Assembly (NCBI GenBank): GCA_016196885.1
Contig: JACPWU010000046.1
Coordinates: forward strand, 35,285-67,284
Source of the DNA: Chlamydiota bacterium
Lineage (GTDB): Bacteria > Auribacterota > JACPWU01
DNA: 32,000 nucleotides
Reading direction: 5' to 3'
The position numbers and the translations under genes are program-made. This document shows positions 27,301 to 31,800 of this stretch, piece by piece; position 1 is the first letter of the stretch, and every line of letters begins with the position of its first letter. The notes under the pieces are model-generated. The model saw only the letters and a program-made list of their open reading frames with translations, was not told the origin of the DNA and did not search any database.

Positions 27301-28806
27301 CAGTTTTTGCTTTTGATCTAACACTCCCCGTTTCAAAATTTGATTAAAATACGTTCTGGAATTTTCATCTTGATTGTATTCCAATTGAAAATCATTCTGT
27401 CGCTCTCTTAAAACCAAAGCAATGTATTCCATCGCTTGCTCATTTGCCAATATCTCAGGCCAAAATCCCAGGGCCAATCGCCTCTGAAAAAGGACACGTA
27501 AGGAGCCATCTTCTTTCAGACGCTCAACCTGTAATCTTCGATCGCTTCCCAAAATTTTTCCCATTTCTTCTGTTATTCTCTTATGCTCTTTCAGGTAAGG
27601 CGTATGATCTATATGAAAGGCCTCATGTGCCATAAACGCCTCCAAGGCATATTTTCGATAAGCCTCCGTTATTAGATCCAAATTAACCGTCAGCTTTTGA
27701 TCCAAAGGCTCCATGGTCATGGGTGCTTTAACCCCTTTTCCGCCTCTCCCTCTAACAACCACCAGTTGAATTTCACGTGTGCGTAGTTTTTCAAGCAATA
27801 CTTGTGCTTTTTCTTTCTGGGGAGATTCCAGCATGCCTTCTTGAATGGACTGAAGCTTTTGAAGAGCTTGCGCTTGATCACTTAAAGCAGGAGTATTCAT
27901 AAAAGAATTTGAAGAAGAAGGTGCTACTGGAATTTTGCTTTCTTTTTTCTGAGGCCTCAAAAAACCTAACCAATAAGAGACTCCAACCACGCCAACAACA
28001 CCCAATCCACCCAAAAACCATCTTCTTGAAAAAGTTTTTGACTGTTTTTGTAACGCGACAATCAATGCTGAACTCCCTTGAAATAAATCCACCGATATCA
28101 AGTCTCGTACAGCAATCCCCAACTCTCTTGCATAATCAACATCTTGATCAAACAGCTCTTTTTCAAACGCATCCAGCTCTTCATCCAACTTCTCTTTCAT
28201 CTCATGCCTCAACTCATGACGAAGGCCCAAATTAAGGAGTTTAAAAAGAAATGAGTTGTCTATATTTTGTGCAAATAGCTGTTTGCTGATACCTATAAAT
28301 CCATTGCCTTGATGGTCTTCAAAAGGATGGCGGGAATTTTCGAGGAGGGAAATCACAAAAGCACCCGCATATCCAGCTTTTTCACGAGAGCGCACCTGAG
28401 CTAAAAGCTGACCCTGCTCTGCATCCGTCATACGATCCATTTGCTGCTGAAAAGCCTGACGAATCAGTTCTACTTTTCCTAAATCTGCTCCCGGAAAATC
28501 AAAAACAGCTTCAACCTGACTCCCCTTTTCATCTCCATGGCGTAAAACAAAACTCTCTTTCTTTCCTTTCGAATGGATGAAGCGCTTATATTCCTTCAAT
28601 CTTTCTTCATTCGTCAAATCAATCCGTTTTCCATTTTTAAATCCTTGGCGTTTTATCCAAACTCCACTTTCTCCCTTCTTAAAACTGAGCCCTTCCATGT
28701 GGGCAATGACTGAGGTCAGATCCTGTAATTTAACCTCTGGAAGTTCTTGCCGCTCCACATTTCGATTGACTCTCTTTGATAGAATCTTTAGAATCCGCTC
28801 CATCAT
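21334..28806 (-). CDS. Minimal version of the giant gene (2,490 aa) starting at ATG-ATG 28806
   Basis: MMERILKILSKR.. is the first in-frame Met pair after the antisense stretch. Everything downstream (HELRH modules, repeats, helicase motifs) has normal protein-like composition. No good SD at a canonical distance (GGAG 14 nt upstream), so the start is uncertain. Confidence 0.6.
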   Translation of the reverse strand: MMERILKILSKRVNRNVERQELPEVKLQDLTSVIAHMEGLSFKKGESGVWIKRQGFKNGKRIDLTNEERLKEYKRFIHSKGKKESFVLRHGDEKGSQVEAVFDFPGADLGKVELIRQAFQQQMDRMTDAEQGQLLAQVRSREKAGYAGAFVISLLENSRHPFEDHQGNGFIGISKQLFAQNIDNSFLFKLLNLGLRHELRHEMKEKLDEELDAFEKELFDQDVDYARELGIAVRDLISVDLFQGSSALIVALQKQSKTFSRRWFLGGLGVVGVVGVSYWLGFLRPQKKESKIPVAPSSSNSFMNTPALSDQAQALQKLQSIQEGMLESPQKEKAQVLLEKLRTREIQLVVVRGRGGKGVKAPMTMEPLDQKLTVNLDLITEAYRKYALEAFMAHEAFHIDHTPYLKEHKRITEEMGKILGSDRRLQVERLKEDGSLRVLFQRRLALGFWPEILANEQAMEYIALVLRERQNDFQLEYNQDENSRTYFNQILKRGVLDQKQKLNLRRMIWNTIDVYMRGIYIDEWIFALHLESALGHAPPFENERVLKRMLNDNDKVFFLGLLYSGRGLSQEKITHDVGDVIDKGQHPLFQYLFVDPLSREWESKFGVSGPAPSNIANMEGLKLKNEGPMMWWGQGIEGKDIQQIKGQVKAQSKSLGEIAGKAVWIDKEILSRFTAFGFEGSNDFEKFLKEYLAEQFDHSPPQGNEIILSLLSSSTHLFEDHQTNGFIGINGQVFNSRISPACRLKLLKLGLRHELRHESGVGNTIEEEAMLLEEDIEYVLQELKITVEELTMFRTMLQEEGLGFAQRVYQWLRAKELSSEEGKAETVYQLTHLELEGTQSVRWCQETNDDGQLLFSVTVNGVRKQRYLSTSGSKNSGKVWVDVMRFYTREWGWVYRTRREVHENGRRRFIISESRLEWDESHNSWTFKNLDRTVLGRMRREVVAHLSMGKSEAQKSDAVRELGWWKQGTIGNGKLTYGWGKNSALLSTGSIEEGEAEVRRFFDSMRKEWIYETRRRVAEEGVSKTIICQSRLKWEEDKGHWVFEPIEDPIREQIVAHLRMSKTKAQKRKAVEPFEDWEVPTDARGDISFYWVDEQKKEHHVSAATGTKKECPSVAKLSRTFDPEWGWVYKTRRVVAGEEFINFLRMVWNEDKKHLDLKPFDPSEERIVQHVRMGQKGLEKNAVKPFEGPWSLKADKFGRVVVTWTEETGRGELKKKMEKRVVLPTGPGQGPVEIRRFYDDSLAGWIYETRKRFHRKTIFRFHRLVLKGNAIGFQPRLSSGYSNVEQVQVALREREAGGFGNDVWSLLNGMMPNRPLWVAALKWNVTLPSITVLDGEFNGEAEVASMQLPGEKGFLLKTRTRKEVLDELDMLIAGTAKLKTDGRASKNGMRPELQRAMAIALMDLKQKIEEGTATDAVKEFLGLREPTPISRLDIEDAHSGMDRNTENDPFQSHAQDVSLNPKANVILIQGGAGSGKTSTLVGIVQQFVQQGKRVMVVSRTNRAVDHLLARLDKIELPIMRVYNKGVDGGGDERILEKLRKYWVRDRQNFNQYDREGARICEHRWNLNGNGYVVGATIHSMGLVPETYRNDFDVVIVEEAGTVNEAETLLAVAKAREKVVLAGDHRQLQPYFESQWMAGHGKEFLRLMKRSGMGRRWDRGYPQVFLARNYRSHPAITVLVGLLFYRRLMVPKYWRMMERDTLRMVDVPMEGNHPNEEKEGKSYKNLKEAEQALREYQRALLSGYRPEQITILTGYAAQVDLIRDLLKSYLTQKRDMNPDRAEGLVREQVSTVDSYQGRENHVVIYSFVRSNSAGEVGHIRNLNRLNVALSRSIDRLVVMGDRETLMGVKSSQSKKKFTLFFHGLRKWMREMKQLYQNQNHDFYTLREAIQAKNQARGRKRLMEDVEGVSLIPQSIQRLEDYLIGRNVEARQIMTEKEYAFLEDLHEKALQEQRRMKLAQEDYENEIQELIQLSEKYPDLIAYDADKNICELKWLMEEGRPVQLGWEEWVATVLGRDVVKERLDPKRGVDEYARRLLLNQLRLLMGQTNELDRDEAFEKALDRVVRLITRENVRVGALRQAVLKLIGAMEKGEKVDQEGRRQAKSAIFRDLLQLAGAVRGLDLKDQELEKIANFIMNGKGELPRHIPQYEGFSDYTESLYLDDLLAAMWEDPSTESVIPRVTRDLVLTSRSSRIHIVNANLDEEFLSYLLTALESWEGQNPATLDLNLPEEPGSSERAHVIARVRMINPSTHEVEVVCSSLWVEMGRVYKTQHREQISHLPAHQVSIMDQDIVGISVTDQGQMHVDPTALNQYLNDLREAGKEEDFKGLIPVFVNENVKESDEVLEKSARQALSLSPNLKNVQVFVIREGKTRLSPQNYLQMIQTEAKKRFGQEMTGQSLEEIWFVSSSLKERLGDELNSVMAWVVEGRLDQAKLAVILDILAQHGQKISDDLRSIDPPAMDEMNQKRHLQLRSTKRLASLKAMMDLTQTQM

Positions 28807-31800
28807 GGAAGAGAAAAAGTCTCCAAAACCCGTTCCTACTTCTGAAGAAACCCAACGATACAACTCCGTTCTGATTGAGGAAATGCGAGGCCAATTTAAG
28901 GTGATTGGAGAAGGACTGACCAGCTTTAGGAAAGAAGCTAATGAGAAATTTGATACCCTATACGAGATGGTTGCCAAAAACACTGAAGATATTGGAGATG
29001 TCCGCATCCGAATGGGTCGGGTTGAAGAAAAACTTGAAAGAATGGAAGGGGACCTTCGCATCATCAAGAACCAAATCAAAGTCAAAGTAGACCTTGAAGA
29101 ATTCAAATTGCTAGAAGGTAGACTTGTCATTGTCGAAAAACGGCTTTCAGCACTCGCCTCTTGATTTTTTTCCACGACAGCTCTTAAATACTCCAAATTC
29201 ATCTGATGATGTCGCCACATCGTCAGAGCAAAAAGTCCTACACCAAAAAATCCAATCACAAACCAATGGGAACGAAAGAATTGAAGATGAGGAACAACAC
29301 CCAACCCATTGACACCTCTAGGAAGGGTTGTTAAACTTCCCTTATGGCCCCTACCAAAACGATTTTCTACCTGGTTGCCTTGAACTCCAACGTAAGACGA
29401 AGACATAAACATACCCGGATAGGGAAGACAGTTACGAGTTTTTCCGTCCAAATTAAAATTTCCCATAACAGGATCTGGAAGGTCATTGTCAGGTACGATA
29501 CCGCTCATGGCTTTGCCCATAGAGACCTGATCAGGGCCAGTGGAAAGGTTGACAAAAACCCACTTTTCGTTCAGAATTACAATGAGGCCTTGGATACTGC
29601 TGAAGCTGATCTTCGTAACAATTGGGAAAGTTACGTTGACAACTTCCTGAAGGAGAATGAATAATGACGGAAAAAATCTTGTTTGAGAAAAATCTAGAAC
29701 TTTCAACAGAATTCTCAAAATACGTTTTGTCTCACCCAGAACTGGATGATCAGATTCCTGAGGGGGCACAGATTGTCTTCTTACTTGAGAGCGACCCTGC
29801 CCTTTCCAAAAAAAATCTTGAACTCGCCAAAGAACAGCATGAAGAAGGTCAACCTGTTGTCCTTGTTCACGTGGAGGGACTTCGTCCCGAAGTTTCTCGC
29901 CTGATCTCACCCCGTCTTGAAAAGGCTGTTGGGTTTTAGCCACAACAAATTGATTCAAATACCCCAAATTCATCCGATGATGTCGCCAAGTCGTGAGGAC
30001 AAAAAATCCCACGCCAAAAGATGCAATCATCATCCAATGGGAAGAAATCAAGAAAAGCGTGTAGGCAACCGAAACCGCAGCAAAATTCTCTAATGCAATT
30101 CTAAATATTCCAGACCACGGTGGCGCACGAAGACCCAGTTCTTTAAGCAATCTCTTACGTCCTGGAATATGCCCAACCGTAAAACTTGCCCATACAAAAG
30201 CCAAAATCCCAAAACCAGCAAATCCTCCTGAAAGGACCGCCAAAGCACTCAAACCCCAAAATGTCACGTGCTCAATTGTCGCTTGATGTTCAAGCTCAAT
30301 CTCCAACCCTTTAAAAACTCTAAAATTTTCAATCGCCCAAGATAAAAGAGGGATTATGCCTGCTTCGGCCTTTTCAGTTACACTCTCAGCCTCTGAAAAC
30401 GCCGGGAAAAAGCGGTCCAAAACCGCTAAGGTTTCATCGGGGCTGTGCACTTCCCGAAAGCATCCTCCCAAAGGCTGCATCCAGAGGTCACCGTCCAGAC
30501 TCAGGCTCGGATCATTTCCAATGGCCAGCGCTTGTCCGGGAACAATCCCCCTTTTACTCATCATAAAATCTCTTCCAACCGCTTTCGTAATGCCTTTCGG
30601 AACAATGTGCCAACCATCTTCCGAGACTTCGAGCTTCTCCGCCATAGCCCTAATTTGATCATCTGGTTTTTGTTTAAGCTGTTCGACTAAACGTCCGCCA
30701 CTTCCATAGGCCTCCAGAGAAGCCCCACGATTGTGCACTGATTCTCCTAACACCTGTGCCAGTTGGCTAAAATCAATCTCTTGTTCTTCAGCCTTGTCAT
30801 ATTTCTTAGCCCAACTTTCCTCCTCCCATAAATATCCTTGAGCGGATCCACAGGGGAAAAGACCTATTCTATTTAGAATAGGGTCCCGTTGCTCTGGCGT
30901 CCAACCCTGCATTCTCTCTTCTAAGGGGCGAATGACATTCTTTCGCAATTCTTCCATGCCCTGCATCGTGACGACCATGAGAGAAAGATCGGCATGGCTC
31001 CATAAAATGTTCACCAGCTTCTCTACCATTTGTGACGAAAGAGGTGTTTTTTTAGGCGTTACTAATGTTCCATCCAAATCGAGGGCTAAAAGATGAATCT
31101 CATTTTCGGCATGATTGGCTTGCAGAGGAAAAGATGAATCATCTCGAAAGATTTCTTTAAATGTCTCGCCCTCTATAAAATCGTTCCATAGTCCTCTCAA
31201 ACCATTCGTCAGGCGCCAGCTCGTCTTAAGCTTCCAGCCGCCATTGGATCTTTGAGCAACCAACTGTCCTTCCCTCTCTTTACCCTTGTCATCCCAGCGC
31301 TTCCATTGCAAGGCATTCCCACTGAGATGCAAACGATCTATATTCGTCTTACGAGGTAGCGCCGCATGACAGAAAATCCATTCCTGCCCTTGCGTCCCTA
31401 ATCGCGGTTCACCTGTCTCATTCGAACTATCGTACCCCTGAGGCACTGGCTCATAAGGACCATCGAACTCTCCCAGAAGAGGAGCAGAATGCTCTACTGG
31501 ATACCACGCCCTTGGGTACCAGAATTTCACCTCCGTTCCCTGACGCCTGAGCAGCCCAAGACTATTCGCAAACCACGCCTCCCAACTTTGAGGAATAGCA
31601 ATACCCTTCGATTTCATCAAATAGCAGAGATACCCTACGAAAGCCGAAGGATAATGAAACTTGTTTGGAGAATGTTCAGGACTTTCCATGGATCCAAATG
31701 AAACATCTACCACAATCACCTGCCTCGCCCGCCCTATCTTGGACTTTTCCTCATCAGAGAATACATCGTCAAAATATCCAGTGAATCCCACATTCTCAAT

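Noticed and set aside
28577-28804. Longer version of the plus-strand coiled-coil ORF starting at 28577
   Set aside because: The first 76 codons are low-quality (Ser/Phe/Arg-rich) and antisense to good minus-strand sequence (MMERILKIL...KEYKRFIHSKG). The protein-like part begins at the ATG at 28805.
29172-30046. Interpretation of the ~105-nt repeats after plus-strand genes as integron attC sites (gene cassettes)
   Set aside because: The small stem seen in copy A (CTGATGATG/CATCGTCAG) is not conserved in copy B. I see no RYYYAAC/GTTRRRY core pair. The repeats are conserved as a peptide on the minus strand, and no integrase is in the window.
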